From contig DBTX01000068.1 of assembly GCA_002307275.1 (NCBI GenBank), positions 3,065 to 67,064 on the forward strand: DNA of 64,000 bases, written 5' to 3'. Positions 38,573 through 47,684 of this stretch are shown piece after piece. The position numbers were made by a program, and so were the translations under genes. Every line of letters begins with the position of its first letter. Positions within the stretch are counted from its first letter, which is position 1. Under the pieces are notes generated by a model. It searched no databases. It saw only the letters and a list, made by a program, of their open reading frames with translations, and was not told where the DNA came from. This DNA comes from Hungateiclostridiaceae bacterium UBA1305. GTDB lineage: Bacteria; Bacillota; Clostridia; Acetivibrionales; DTU013.

Positions 38573-38999
38573 TTGCGTCACCACCCATTTCAGTATCGCG
38601 GGCTATGAATTTACACTTGATAGGAAGTTTGTGCATTGCAAGTCTCATAGCTTCCTTTGCCGTTTCCTCCGTCATTCCCGCAATTTCAAATAATACTCTT
38701 CCCGGCTTGACTACTGCCACCCAGTATTCAGGTGAGCCCTTACCACTACCCATGCGGGTTTCGGCTGGCTTCTTCGTAACCGGCTTGTCAGGGAATATTT
38801 TTATCCATACCTGACCGCCCCTCTTTGTAAAACGTGTCATTGCTATTCTGGCAGCTTCAATCTGATTACTGGTGATCCAGGCTGGTTCCATTGCCTGAAG
38901 TCCGAATTCTCCGTTTGATATGAAGTTGCCTCTGGAAGCAACACCTGTCATTCTGCCTCTGTGTACTCTTCTGCGCTTTACTCTTTTCGGCATTAACAT
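38559..38999 (-). CDS. rplP: 50S ribosomal protein L16
   Basis: [17 protein letters not shown]... Confidence 0.97.
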   Translation of the reverse strand: MLMPKRVKRRRVHRGRMTGVASRGNFISNGEFGLQAMEPAWITSNQIEAARIAMTRFTKRGGQVWIKIFPDKPVTKKPAETRMGSGKGSPEYWVAVVKPGRVLFEIAGMTEETAKEAMRLAMHKLPIKCKFIARDTEMGGDANESQ

Positions 39000-39670
39000 T
39001 ATCGATCGCCTCCTTCCGCTTTCTTTTCCTTCTTGACAGCGGGAAGAACTTCACCCTTATATATCCAGGCCTTGACACCGAGTTTTCCGTAAGTTGTATT
39101 TGCTTCGGCAAAACCATAGTCGATATCCGCCCTGAGTGTCTGAAGAGGTATGGTTCCCTCGTGATAGTGCTCTGTCCTGGCAATTTCAGCGCCGCCAAGT
39201 CTGCCGGCCACTGCGGTTTTGATACCCTTTGCTCCAAGCTTCATTGTCCTTGTCATTGCCTGCTTCATTGCTCTCCTGAAGGAAATTCTCTTTTCGAGCT
39301 GGCCGGCGATATTCTCGGCAACAAGCTGCGCATCCATCTCAGGTGACTTGATTTCAGTAATGTTTATAAGGACGCTTTTGCCTGTAAGTGCTTCAACTTC
39401 CTTACGAAGTTCTTCAATTCCGGCTCCGCCCTTGCCTATTACTAGACCGGGTTTGGCTGTATGGACATTTACCTTGATCTTGTTTGCAGCTCTTTCGATT
39501 TCAATCCTGGAAATGCCGGAAATATATAATTTCTTCTTAATGAACCTTCTGATCTTAACATCTTCAACCAAAAGATCACCAAAGTTTTTCTTATTGGCAT
39601 ACCATTTGGTGTCCCAGTCCTTGATAATTCCTATTCTCAATCCATGTGGATTTACCTTCTGGCCCATCAT
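38999..39670 (-). CDS. rpsC: 30S ribosomal protein S3
   Basis: [13 protein letters not shown], plus KH and S3 C-terminal domains. Confidence 0.97.
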   Translation of the reverse strand: MMGQKVNPHGLRIGIIKDWDTKWYANKKNFGDLLVEDVKIRRFIKKKLYISGISRIEIERAANKIKVNVHTAKPGLVIGKGGAGIEELRKEVEALTGKSVLINITEIKSPEMDAQLVAENIAGQLEKRISFRRAMKQAMTRTMKLGAKGIKTAVAGRLGGAEIARTEHYHEGTIPLQTLRADIDYGFAEANTTYGKLGVKAWIYKGEVLPAVKKEKKAEGGDR

Positions 39671-39686
39671 CCAACCTCCTTCTGGC

Positions 39687-40169
39687 TTATTTTCTTTCCT
39701 TCAATACTACAGTGATATGACTTGTCCTCTTCCTGATCCTATTTGCGCTTCCCTTTGCTCTGGGCATAATCCTTTTCAGTGTCGGTCCCTGGGTTGCATA
39801 TGCTTCAGCTACAAAAAGCTCGTCTCTGTTGAGTCCTTTGCTTGGGTCGTTTGCTGCATTGGCCTCAGCTGATTTCAAAAGCTTCAACAATAACTCCGAA
39901 GCGGCCTTGGGTGTATATTTCACGATACCGTAAGCCTCGTCTATGTTTTTGTCTTTTATAAGATCCAGAACGATTTTAACCTTTCTTGATGAGATCCTGG
40001 CGTGGTTGAGCACTGCTCTTCCTTCATCCTTGCCTATTCCAAGCACCTTTTTCTCCTTTTTCGTCAGGAGAGCAGGCTTCTGAAACAGTCTGTGTGTCGT
40101 GTTAAAATCATCCAGTATTTGATCCTTTTCTTTAAGAAGTTCTTCTTTTGATCTTACCTTCTTTTCCAA
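39687..40169 (-). CDS. rplV: 50S ribosomal protein L22 with a ~45-aa N-terminal extension
   Basis: The L22 core starts near [24 protein letters not shown] at 40169 has an AAAGGAGG RBS with 8-nt spacing. Confidence 0.9.
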   Translation of the reverse strand: MEKKVRSKEELLKEKDQILDDFNTTHRLFQKPALLTKKEKKVLGIGKDEGRAVLNHARISSRKVKIVLDLIKDKNIDEAYGIVKYTPKAASELLLKLLKSAEANAANDPSKGLNRDELFVAEAYATQGPTLKRIMPRAKGSANRIRKRTSHITVVLKERK

Positions 40170-40243
40170 CTGGAATTCCTCCTTTCGGCATTAAGCTTGT
40201 TACTTGGCATGATGTGACCGTTTTGATTTCTCAAAGCCGGTCA

Positions 40244-40528
40244 TTACTTAAGAGTAGTGGACTTTTCCGTGTGGTGCCCATGTCCTCTGAATGTCCTTGT
40301 CGGTGCAAATTCACCAAGCTTATGGCCCACCATTTCTTCAGTCATATATACTGGTACATGCTTTCTGCCGTCATGTACTGCAATAGTATGTCCAACCATC
40401 TGAGGGTAAATCGTTGACGCTCTGGACCAGCTCTTCAGAACTCTTTTCTCATTGGTCTTGTTCATGTCCTCAACCTTCTTCAGAAGCCTCAGGTCAACAT
40501 ATGGTCCCTTTTTTAAAGATCTGCTCAT
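40244..40528 (-). CDS. rpsS: 30S ribosomal protein S19
   Basis: [12 protein letters not shown]...[10 protein letters not shown]. Confidence 0.97.
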   Translation of the reverse strand: MSRSLKKGPYVDLRLLKKVEDMNKTNEKRVLKSWSRASTIYPQMVGHTIAVHDGRKHVPVYMTEEMVGHKLGEFAPTRTFRGHGHHTEKSTTLK

Positions 40529-40618
40529 TTGGTAGTAGTCCTCCTTTCCTTACTCCGGAAAGCACCTGCAGCCTGACTGACAATCTTGTCGATGCTGCTG
40601 ACCGTTCCGCAATGTTAA

Positions 40619-41452
40619 TTATTTCTGATTCCTTCTCTTGACTATGAACTTATCGGATTTGTTCTTCTTCTTCCTGGTCTTGTAACCAAGAGTAGGCTTG
40701 CCCCAAGGAGTCACCGGACTCGGCCTTCCTATTGGAGACTTGCCTTCACCACCACCATGCGGATGGTCTACAGGATTCATAACAACACCGCGTACCGCAG
40801 GTCTGACGCCCATCCATCTTTTTCTGCCCGCCTTGCCGATCTTGATATTTTCGTTCTCAATATTGCTTAACTGGCCGATGGATGCTTTACATAGCATTCT
40901 GATCATTCTTACTTCGCCTGAAGGAAGTCTTACCTGAGCATAATCGCCTTCCTTGGCCATGAGCTGTGCCGCATTCCCGGCAGCTCTGACAAGTTGGCCG
41001 CCTTTTGCAGGCTTGAGCTCTATATTGTGGATCAGAGTACCGACCGGAATATTGATCAGCGGAAGCGTATTGCCCGGCTTAATATCGGCGGCAGCCCCTG
41101 ATTCAACAGCGTCTCCAACCTTTAAGCCAACAGGCGCCAGTATATATCTCTTTTCTCCATCTGCATAGAAGAGAAGTGCAATATTTGCAGTCCTGTTAGG
41201 ATCATACTCGATGGCTGCAACTTTTGCCTTTACACCATCTTTATCTCTTTTGAAATCGATGATTCTGTACTTCTGTCTTGCTCCGCCACCGTGGTGACGT
41301 ACAGTGATCCTGCCGTAAGAATTTCTGCCGCCTGATTTATTTAATGTTTCCAACAGAGACTTTTCAGGCTCCGTTTTCGTAATTTCCTCGAATGTGGAAA
41401 CAGTCATGAATCTTCTTGCGGGAGTTGTCGGATTAAACTTCTTTACTGCCAT
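40619..41452 (-). CDS. rplB: 50S ribosomal protein L2
   Basis: [14 protein letters not shown]...HPHGGGEGK. Confidence 0.97.
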   Translation of the reverse strand: MAVKKFNPTTPARRFMTVSTFEEITKTEPEKSLLETLNKSGGRNSYGRITVRHHGGGARQKYRIIDFKRDKDGVKAKVAAIEYDPNRTANIALLFYADGEKRYILAPVGLKVGDAVESGAAADIKPGNTLPLINIPVGTLIHNIELKPAKGGQLVRAAGNAAQLMAKEGDYAQVRLPSGEVRMIRMLCKASIGQLSNIENENIKIGKAGRKRWMGVRPAVRGVVMNPVDHPHGGGEGKSPIGRPSPVTPWGKPTLGYKTRKKKNKSDKFIVKRRNQK

Positions 41453-41513
41453 TTCTTCTCACTCCTATCTGAAATGCGTGATAAGCACTAACACATTCCT
41501 ATTTCACAAATTT

Positions 41514-41867
41514 TTATTGCGTTACGCCATACTCTTCGATGCTTGACTTATACTTCTTTGTGCTGGCTATTTCCTTGCCGCCCTTTGTCAAATAGAAATC
41601 TGTCTTGGGAGAAAGGTCTATCTTTACGACAGCCTTTTTCCAGTCCGGCCTCGGTCCTACATGAACGCCCTGTCTCTTTACTTTACCGTTGTAGTTCATT
41701 GTGTTGACCTGGAGTACCTTTACCTGGAAAAGCCTTTCGGTCGCCTGTCTGATTTCCGTCTTGGTTGCATTGACATCCACGATAAAGGTGTATTTGCCGA
41801 TTGCTACCTCAAGGTTGCTCTTCTCAGTAATAAACGGTCTGATGATAATATCTTCAGGTGTTCTCAT
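41514..41867 (-). CDS. rplW: 50S ribosomal protein L23
   Basis: IIRPFITEKS...YTFIVD. The C-terminal tail is longer than usual (117 aa). Confidence 0.93.
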   Translation of the reverse strand: MRTPEDIIIRPFITEKSNLEVAIGKYTFIVDVNATKTEIRQATERLFQVKVLQVNTMNYNGKVKRQGVHVGPRPDWKKAVVKIDLSPKTDFYLTKGGKEIASTKKYKSSIEEYGVTQ

Positions 41868-42490
41868 TACGCATACACCTCCTCGACTTTTTCGACTGCA
41901 TCCCTGGTAATGATGAATTTCTCATACTTCAGGATGTCAAATACGTTTATGGTATTGACAAATGTGGTCTTCACTCCGGGTATGTTCCTTGCGGATTTTT
42001 CAACTGCGTCATTCTTTGAATCAAGAACGATCAGTACGCTGGTTTCTACCTTTAATAAGCTAAGCACATTCGTCATTTGTTTTGTTTTGATGCTATCAAA
42101 ATTCAACACGTCAAGAACAAGAATTTCCTTCTCGTTGACTTTAGAAGTGAGAGCCGACTTGAGCGCCAGCTTCTTGAGCTTCTTCGGAAGTGTATAAGAG
42201 TAACTCCTTGGCTTGGGTCCAAGAACAATACCGCCCTTGATCCACTGTGCGGAACGTATGCTGCCCTGTCTTGCCCTGCCTGTACCCTTCTGTCTCCAGG
42301 GTTTCTTTCCTCCGCCTCTTACCTCACTCTTGGTTTTGGTAGACTGCGTACCCTGCCTTTTGTTTGCTAACTGATTCTGTACTGCGAGATGAACTGCATT
42401 TTCGTTGACATCTATACCGAATATATTATCATTCAGTTCAATTTCTCCGACTGTCTCGCCCTTCATATTGAATAAATCAACCTTTGGCAT
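41867..42490 (-). CDS. rplD: 50S ribosomal protein L4
   Basis: [33 protein letters not shown]. Confidence 0.97.
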   Translation of the reverse strand: MPKVDLFNMKGETVGEIELNDNIFGIDVNENAVHLAVQNQLANKRQGTQSTKTKSEVRGGGKKPWRQKGTGRARQGSIRSAQWIKGGIVLGPKPRSYSYTLPKKLKKLALKSALTSKVNEKEILVLDVLNFDSIKTKQMTNVLSLLKVETSVLIVLDSKNDAVEKSARNIPGVKTTFVNTINVFDILKYEKFIITRDAVEKVEEVYA

Positions 42491-42515
42491 AATCGCTTCC
42501 TCCTCCCTATCCGTA

Positions 42516-43154
42516 TTACTTGCCAGATTTGACAGTTTCCTTCACAACGACAAGACCGCCCTTTGGTCCTGGAACTGCACCTTTTATCAAAAGCAGGTTT
42601 CTTTCGCTGTCAACCCTGACTACTTCAAGGTTCTGAACTGTTATCTTATCGACTCCCATATGACCCGGAAGCCTCTTACCTTTAAAAACCCTTGCAGGGC
42701 TTGTATTGGAACCCATGGAACCCGGTCTCCTGTGGTACATTGAACCATGAGTTTCAGGTCCGCCTGACTGTCCATATCTCTTTATGGTACCCTGGAAACC
42801 CTTACCCTTTGAAATACCGCTTACATCAACCTTGTCTCCGTCACTGAACATGTCAGCAACCTTGATTTCCTGGCCGACTTCGTACTTTTCCACATCCTGT
42901 ATTCTGAATTCTTTGAGATATCTTCTGGATGAAACCTTCACCTTGGAGAACAAACCTTTCTCAGGCTTATTCAGCTTTTTCTCCGAAATCTCTTCAAAAC
43001 CAAGCTTTAATGCCGCGTAACCGTCGTTATCATCTGTCTTCTTCTGGACAACGGCACACGGACCGGCCTGAATTACCGTTACCGGCAGTGAAAGGCCTGC
43101 TTCATTAAATATCTGTGTCATACCTATCTTTTTTCCCAGTATGAACTTGCTCAT
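42516..43154 (-). CDS. rplC: 50S ribosomal protein L3
   Basis: [19 protein letters not shown] at 43154 has an AGGAGG RBS; the ORF-track start at 43208 is upstream. Confidence 0.96.
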   Translation of the reverse strand: MSKFILGKKIGMTQIFNEAGLSLPVTVIQAGPCAVVQKKTDDNDGYAALKLGFEEISEKKLNKPEKGLFSKVKVSSRRYLKEFRIQDVEKYEVGQEIKVADMFSDGDKVDVSGISKGKGFQGTIKRYGQSGGPETHGSMYHRRPGSMGSNTSPARVFKGKRLPGHMGVDKITVQNLEVVRVDSERNLLLIKGAVPGPKGGLVVVKETVKSGK

Positions 43155-43309
43155 TCCCTTACCTCCTAAAAATATCATTGGTTCACAATTTCTTATGAAC
43201 ATGATCACTCACTTAGCTGATATAGATTTATCGATTCCGGTAATTACAAATCGATTTATCGATTTCAGTCAACCACAATTGATGAAATCAATTGGCGGCC
43301 GTCCAGCAT

Positions 43310-43621
43310 TTACAGCTTTATCTCGATATCCACGCCAGCAGGCAGATCCAGCCTCATAAGTGCATCAACCGTCTTTGGTGTAGGCATCAATATGTCTATG
43401 AGTCTCTTGTGAGTCCTCATTTCAAACTGTTCACGCGCATCCTTATACTTGTGGGGAGCTCTCAGGATCGTCATGATCTCCTTCTGTGTAGGCAGCGGAA
43501 CTGGTCCCGAAACCTGAGCTCCGGTTCTCTTTGCAGTTTCTACGATCTTCTCGGCAGACTGGTCCAATACCTGATGATCAAATGCTTTCAGTCTGATTCT
43601 GATTTTTTGGTTGTTTGCCAT
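43310..43621 (-). CDS. rpsJ: 30S ribosomal protein S10
   Basis: [17 protein letters not shown]...RLIDI. Confidence 0.97.
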   Translation of the reverse strand: MANNQKIRIRLKAFDHQVLDQSAEKIVETAKRTGAQVSGPVPLPTQKEIMTILRAPHKYKDAREQFEMRTHKRLIDILMPTPKTVDALMRLDLPAGVDIEIKL

Positions 43622-43644
43622 ACAATAACCTCCTGTCTAATGTT

Positions 43645-43700
43645 AGGGGACATACCTTTCTGAACATGCTGTATTCCTTTTGCGTTAAGGAATGTCCCCT
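43645..43700 (-). promoter_or_regulatory. 14-bp-stem hairpin in the rpsJ leader, immediately 5' of the RBS
   Basis: AGGGGACATACCTT (43645-43658) pairs with AAGGAATGTCCCCT (43687-43700). It has the same GGGACAT.CCTT core as the rplE-rpsN array. Confidence 0.6.
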
Positions 43701-43968
43701 TCTGATTTGTTACGTACAACAAGCGATTTTCTGTACACTATGCCGGGTGTTTCCTGTTTAGCTATTTTAAAACCCAGGATGCTTACAGTACCATAAGGCC
43801 TGTAAAACCTGGGCTGTACTTTACAAACAGACACATATTACTATGTGTTCGCAAAATGTACAGTGACTTGTCGCCCGGTTTCTCGAATCGGACATTCTCT
43901 GCGGAAGTTCCCTATTTCTAAGAATAGCCATCTCCCACTTCATCGTATGTCATGTCACAGCAAGTGAT

Positions 43969-43997
43969 ATTTTACTACAGAATGTACAACATTGCAA
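43969..43997 (-). promoter_or_regulatory. Sigma-A promoter of the S10 operon with an A-rich UP-like element
   Basis: Minus strand reads TTGCAA (43992-43997)-17 nt-TAAAAT (43969-43974), preceded by aataaataaaaaa. It predicts a ~340-nt leader. Confidence 0.55.
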
Positions 43998-44113
43998 GGG
44001 TTTTTTATTTATAAACAAATTTATTATATTGTTTATTGTTTATATTGTTTTATTATTGTCCGCTTTATTATATTGTAGCCTATTATATTGTAGTGTTATA
44101 ATAATCGTACTCT

Positions 44114-44389
44114 CTATTCTCTAACTCTGCCTTTTGTCTTGTTATTTCCATCATAACCCTGGGCTGATTCATTATAACTTCCTGAAGTAGCGGTAGAATT
44201 ATTTTCTTCCTGGCGCATGAGCTTTTCCAACTCCAATTGGTTCCTGGCTCTCACTTCCTCAGTTCTGACAAGCGCATCCGCACGGATCTGTTCAACCTTA
44301 ATCCTATACTTGGTGATTTGGGATATAACTGTAATAACCAATCCTACTGCAATTGCAAATATAGGTATCAGATTTTCATTAATATACAT
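44114..44389 (-). CDS. Small hypothetical membrane protein (one TM helix plus a charged coiled-coil-like tail)
   Basis: 91-aa ORF with a GAGGTGG RBS. TM segment LIPIFAIAVGLVITVISQI. No family recognised. Confidence 0.5.
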   Translation of the reverse strand: MYINENLIPIFAIAVGLVITVISQITKYRIKVEQIRADALVRTEEVRARNQLELEKLMRQEENNSTATSGSYNESAQGYDGNNKTKGRVRE

Positions 44390-44585
44390 CGTTCCACCTC
44401 GTGCTACTTCATTTGATATAAGATTAACATGTTCTCATCTCGACAGGTTTGTCAAGTTGACCGGAGAGACATGCCGTTCACTATTATATCATCACAAGTA
44501 TAAAACTACCAGTTCAATTGTGATAGTTTAGTTGCGATAAGTCAAATATTAGATACTATTCACAGTCACTTTAAAAGGGTACAAG

Positions 44586-44611
44586 AAAAAGGCTAATGTT
44601 TTAGCCTTTTT
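44586..44611. terminator. Bidirectional-looking intrinsic terminator
   Basis: AAAAAGGCTAA-TGTT-TTAGCCTTTTT. Confidence 0.6.
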
Positions 44612-44640
44612 CTTGAGTGTGTAGAGTTTTATCAAACTTG

Positions 44641-44781
44641 TGGTGGGTGTAGGAGTTCATTTAGGCTTATCGGATTCCCCCTGCAAAGCCGAAGTAGCGC
44701 ATAGAACACATTAATACCATTTCTGTAGCATGTCTCAAGATATGATTTGATGTTCGCATAGAAGAACGCTGTGAATATTAA
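44641..44781 (-). pseudogene. Possible transposase C-terminal remnant (IS66-like)
   Basis: A 46-codon minus-strand frame reads LIFTAFFYANIKSYLETCYRNGINVFYALLRLCRGNPISL. From memory this resembles the IS66-family ...LIETCK.NGINPFEYL... tail. It is bounded by a stop codon upstream. Confidence 0.3.
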
Positions 44782-44829
44782 CTAAGAAGGTTTTAGAAGC
44801 TACGCAACAATTATTTAATGCATACTGCC

Positions 44830-44870
44830 AAAAAAGTGCAATAGACACATTTTCTGATCCATTGCACTTT
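44830..44870 (-). terminator. Intrinsic terminator at the end of the polysaccharide operon
   Basis: On the minus strand, AAAAGTGCAAT-N18-ATTGCACTTTT is followed by a T run. Confidence 0.65.
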
Positions 44871-44921
44871 TACATTTAATAGTTCTTAGCACAGCAGTCT
44901 ATCAATAACAGAGCCTATTGC

Positions 44922-46421
44922 TTACCCAGCTTGCTGTTCCCCTGTCGCAGTTTTGTTATTATCAGGTCCGGATACTGCATTCTTTAATAAGACAAGAACT
45001 ACGGCAGTAAAAGCAGCAAGTATGGTTAATACAATAACCGCCAGTGCAGGTATTTTTACATTCGATATAAAAGAGGATTTGTACTGCGCAGGTACCGGTA
45101 TTTTCACTGCATTATTAAATACTTCCGTTTCAAAATACTCTTCTACCGTCTTATTCGTTATATCAACCCAGTTATTCATCTTTTTAGAAATACTCACTAC
45201 CATAGAATCTACTTCTTTTGAGTATTTTTGCCTGAGGATCTCATCTACAACAGTCCCATTGATTTTTTCAAGTATCTTCGTATAGTACTCAATCTCACGT
45301 GCATCTTCAGAAGCAGTTACACCAGCATCGACCGACCTTCCCAGCAATTGGTCATAATATTCATTCTTCTGGTCAAACTCCGTTGTCCCGGCTGTTTCTC
45401 CATTTGAACCTGGCATCATGATTAGATTTTTATCCTTCTGATACGCTTTTACAGCAGCCTGCGCCATCTGCGCCTCATCCTGTTTCTTACCCATTTCAAG
45501 CTGATATTGCTCAATACGGTATTGATACAGTGACAACAGCCTGTCTTTATCCTTTGTAAGATTATAGCTGTAGATTAAAGAATTCATCCTTGATATATCC
45601 ACATCATTGATGATGTTCAAATACGATACGATATCTCCAAAGGACATTTGAGTCGTTTTGGACCGGAAATCCGGTGAGACTTTCTTTTTATCACTGATAT
45701 AGCTCGTGATAATGTCTATCTGACCCTTCATAATCCTTGCTACCTCCGGGTAGTCATATTCATCGTAATTCAATTCTCCGACTGCTATCGAAAGAACATT
45801 TTTATCTCCATAGGTCTCAATAAAATAATTTTTGTACTCCTTAAGAAGCTCATTAACTACTTTATTGGCTTCATCTCCATCTAAACCAAGCTTCTTTTCA
45901 TTCTTAAAAGTAACCATAAACTGTGTCGGGTGATACTCCAATTCATTCAGTTCTTCAAGCTTTGTGACATCCTTCTCAGCCATCTTGTTTATCGTAAGGA
46001 TTTTATTTATTACATCATCAGGAATTACACCCTGTATATCAATATTCTTTCTAATGTCCTCCGTTGTCAGCTTCCGGCCGTATAAATTCATGGTATCCAT
46101 TACCTTGTCGACAACCACAGGAGCTTTTAATTTATCTATATCAAAGGTCTTCCCATGAGGATCCAAACCCTTGTCAATACCATCAAAGTTAAACGAAATC
46201 AAGGCTTGCACCGAGCCGGATGATTGCTGAATAAATAGCATATAAACTGACACTGCAAGAATAGAAAGGATAAACGTAACACAAGTAAACATTACAATAA
46301 AACGTTTACAACTTAATAAAATATTGAAGATATTCTTAAGCGATATTCTCTCTCCATTATCTTCCTCTTGCTTGATTACCAAATTGATCGTATCTTTTTT
46401 CTCAAGTTCCAATTTCTCCAT
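44922..46421 (-). CDS. Wzz-like polysaccharide chain-length determinant (polysaccharide co-polymerase topology)
   Basis: N-terminal and C-terminal TM helices flank a ~400-aa coiled, charged extracytoplasmic region. No kinase domain. Last gene of the glycan operon. Confidence 0.6.
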   Translation of the reverse strand: MEKLELEKKDTINLVIKQEEDNGERISLKNIFNILLSCKRFIVMFTCVTFILSILAVSVYMLFIQQSSGSVQALISFNFDGIDKGLDPHGKTFDIDKLKAPVVVDKVMDTMNLYGRKLTTEDIRKNIDIQGVIPDDVINKILTINKMAEKDVTKLEELNELEYHPTQFMVTFKNEKKLGLDGDEANKVVNELLKEYKNYFIETYGDKNVLSIAVGELNYDEYDYPEVARIMKGQIDIITSYISDKKKVSPDFRSKTTQMSFGDIVSYLNIINDVDISRMNSLIYSYNLTKDKDRLLSLYQYRIEQYQLEMGKKQDEAQMAQAAVKAYQKDKNLIMMPGSNGETAGTTEFDQKNEYYDQLLGRSVDAGVTASEDAREIEYYTKILEKINGTVVDEILRQKYSKEVDSMVVSISKKMNNWVDITNKTVEEYFETEVFNNAVKIPVPAQYKSSFISNVKIPALAVIVLTILAAFTAVVLVLLKNAVSGPDNNKTATGEQQAG

Positions 46422-46607
46422 TATAAGAATCCTCCCTTTATTAAGCTTTGTAAAATCATAGTATAATAATACACTTTAACCTTTTGGATCTTTTCATTTT
46501 CTTGTTAAATGCTCTGATCACATTGCTTATAAATTATCCTTATTACGACTATTTATATTTTTCTACAGATTAGGATTTTCATCTATTTAATATATCACTA
46601 TTCTAAC

Positions 46608-46892
46608 TTATCTTTGCCGTTTTGTCTTCTCTATAGTATTTTCTATAAACCGCTCCTGTTTCACCTTGATACGCTTCATAATCCCCTGAATGGAAGAAAA
46701 CCTGAAATTGTCCGAATTCATCTTCATGGCAAGGCAATAAATGTCAACTATCTGCTTATTGCGATTCGCTACGTAGGGAGTACTGTTTGAGAAATTGTCA
46801 CCAAGGACAAACTCGTAGGCAGAATTAAGTAATTCCACCGTGATATTTGAGCCAATATAGCCTGTGTAACCAGTTAACAAAACCGAATTCAT
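46608..46892 (-). pseudogene. Chimeric gene ghost: N-terminus of an NAD-dependent epimerase (GalE-like) fused to a C-terminal piece of UDP-glucose 6-dehydrogenase
   Basis: VLLTGYTGYIGSNITVELLNSAYEFVLGDNFSNS is a Rossmann GxxGxxG epimerase start. IYCLAMKMNSDNFRFSSIQGIMKRIKVK matches the Ugd motif ...MKSGSDNFR.SSIQGIMKRIKAKG. Confidence 0.6.
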
Positions 46893-47130
46893 GTTATCTC
46901 TTTAACCCTTTGAGATTTCTGTAAATAAGTATAATTCTTGTTTTCAAAATATCGAGGCAAACATTGCAGTCTGTTATTATGAAAATTCGCAAGCAAATAA
47001 TCGAAACACAAATAACAGTTAGTATCGAATATAAAATCCAGGCACCGTAGCCATCCAATGTCGACATAAAATTGCGTATTAAATCAATATCGGATGTTAT
47101 CATACAATCAGAATTATTGCGTTTTAAATG

Positions 47131-47646
47131 TCATCTCTCAACTTCGGTAATACCATAGTGCATAAGAACTCTGCTCCAGAGCTCATACTGATTCAAAAAA
47201 TGCTCCATGATATCCCTAACGGCACCGTCACCACCTTTTTTCGATGATACAAAGCTAGATATTAAACGAATTTCTTCCGCAGCATTGGAAGGGCAACCCC
47301 TTATTCCACACATTTTCATGGCTACGTAATCGTTTAGGTCATCGCCAATAAAGAGAACTTCGCACAAGGGAATATCTTTATTGTTGCAGATTTCCTTTAG
47401 CGCAAAAACCTTATCCACAGTATTACCAAAAACTTCACACCCAAGTTCGGCACCTCGTCTGGAAACCGCTTCAGATCTGCGACCGGTAAGGAATATTACA
47501 GGCAAGCCTATTACCTGCATAGCCTTGATTGCCAGACCGTCCTTGATATCGAAAGACTTTAATTCCGTTTCACCGGAGCCATATGTAATTTTTCCATCAG
47601 TCAATGTCCCGTCGACATCGAGTACAATCATACTGAGTTTAACCAT
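47131..47646 (-). CDS. HAD-IIIA phosphatase of the KdsC family (ulosonate-phosphate phosphatase type)
   Basis: LDVDGTLTDGKI motif I, LTGR motif, and GDDLNDYVAM motif IV. The length (171 aa) is typical of KdsC and Kdn-9-P/Neu5Ac-9-P phosphatases. Confidence 0.8.
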   Translation of the reverse strand: MVKLSMIVLDVDGTLTDGKITYGSGETELKSFDIKDGLAIKAMQVIGLPVIFLTGRRSEAVSRRGAELGCEVFGNTVDKVFALKEICNNKDIPLCEVLFIGDDLNDYVAMKMCGIRGCPSNAAEEIRLISSFVSSKKGGDGAVRDIMEHFLNQYELWSRVLMHYGITEVER

Positions 47647-47684
47647 AATTCTAACCCTCTGTTTTATAGACCAGTCGCCACCAT

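Noticed and set aside
46894-47103. A 69-aa hydrophobic ORF between the KdsC-like gene and the GalE/Ugd ghost.
   Set aside because: There is no Shine-Dalgarno sequence upstream of the ATG and no recognisable family. It lies in a region that shows gene decay. It may be another remnant, but I cannot support a call.
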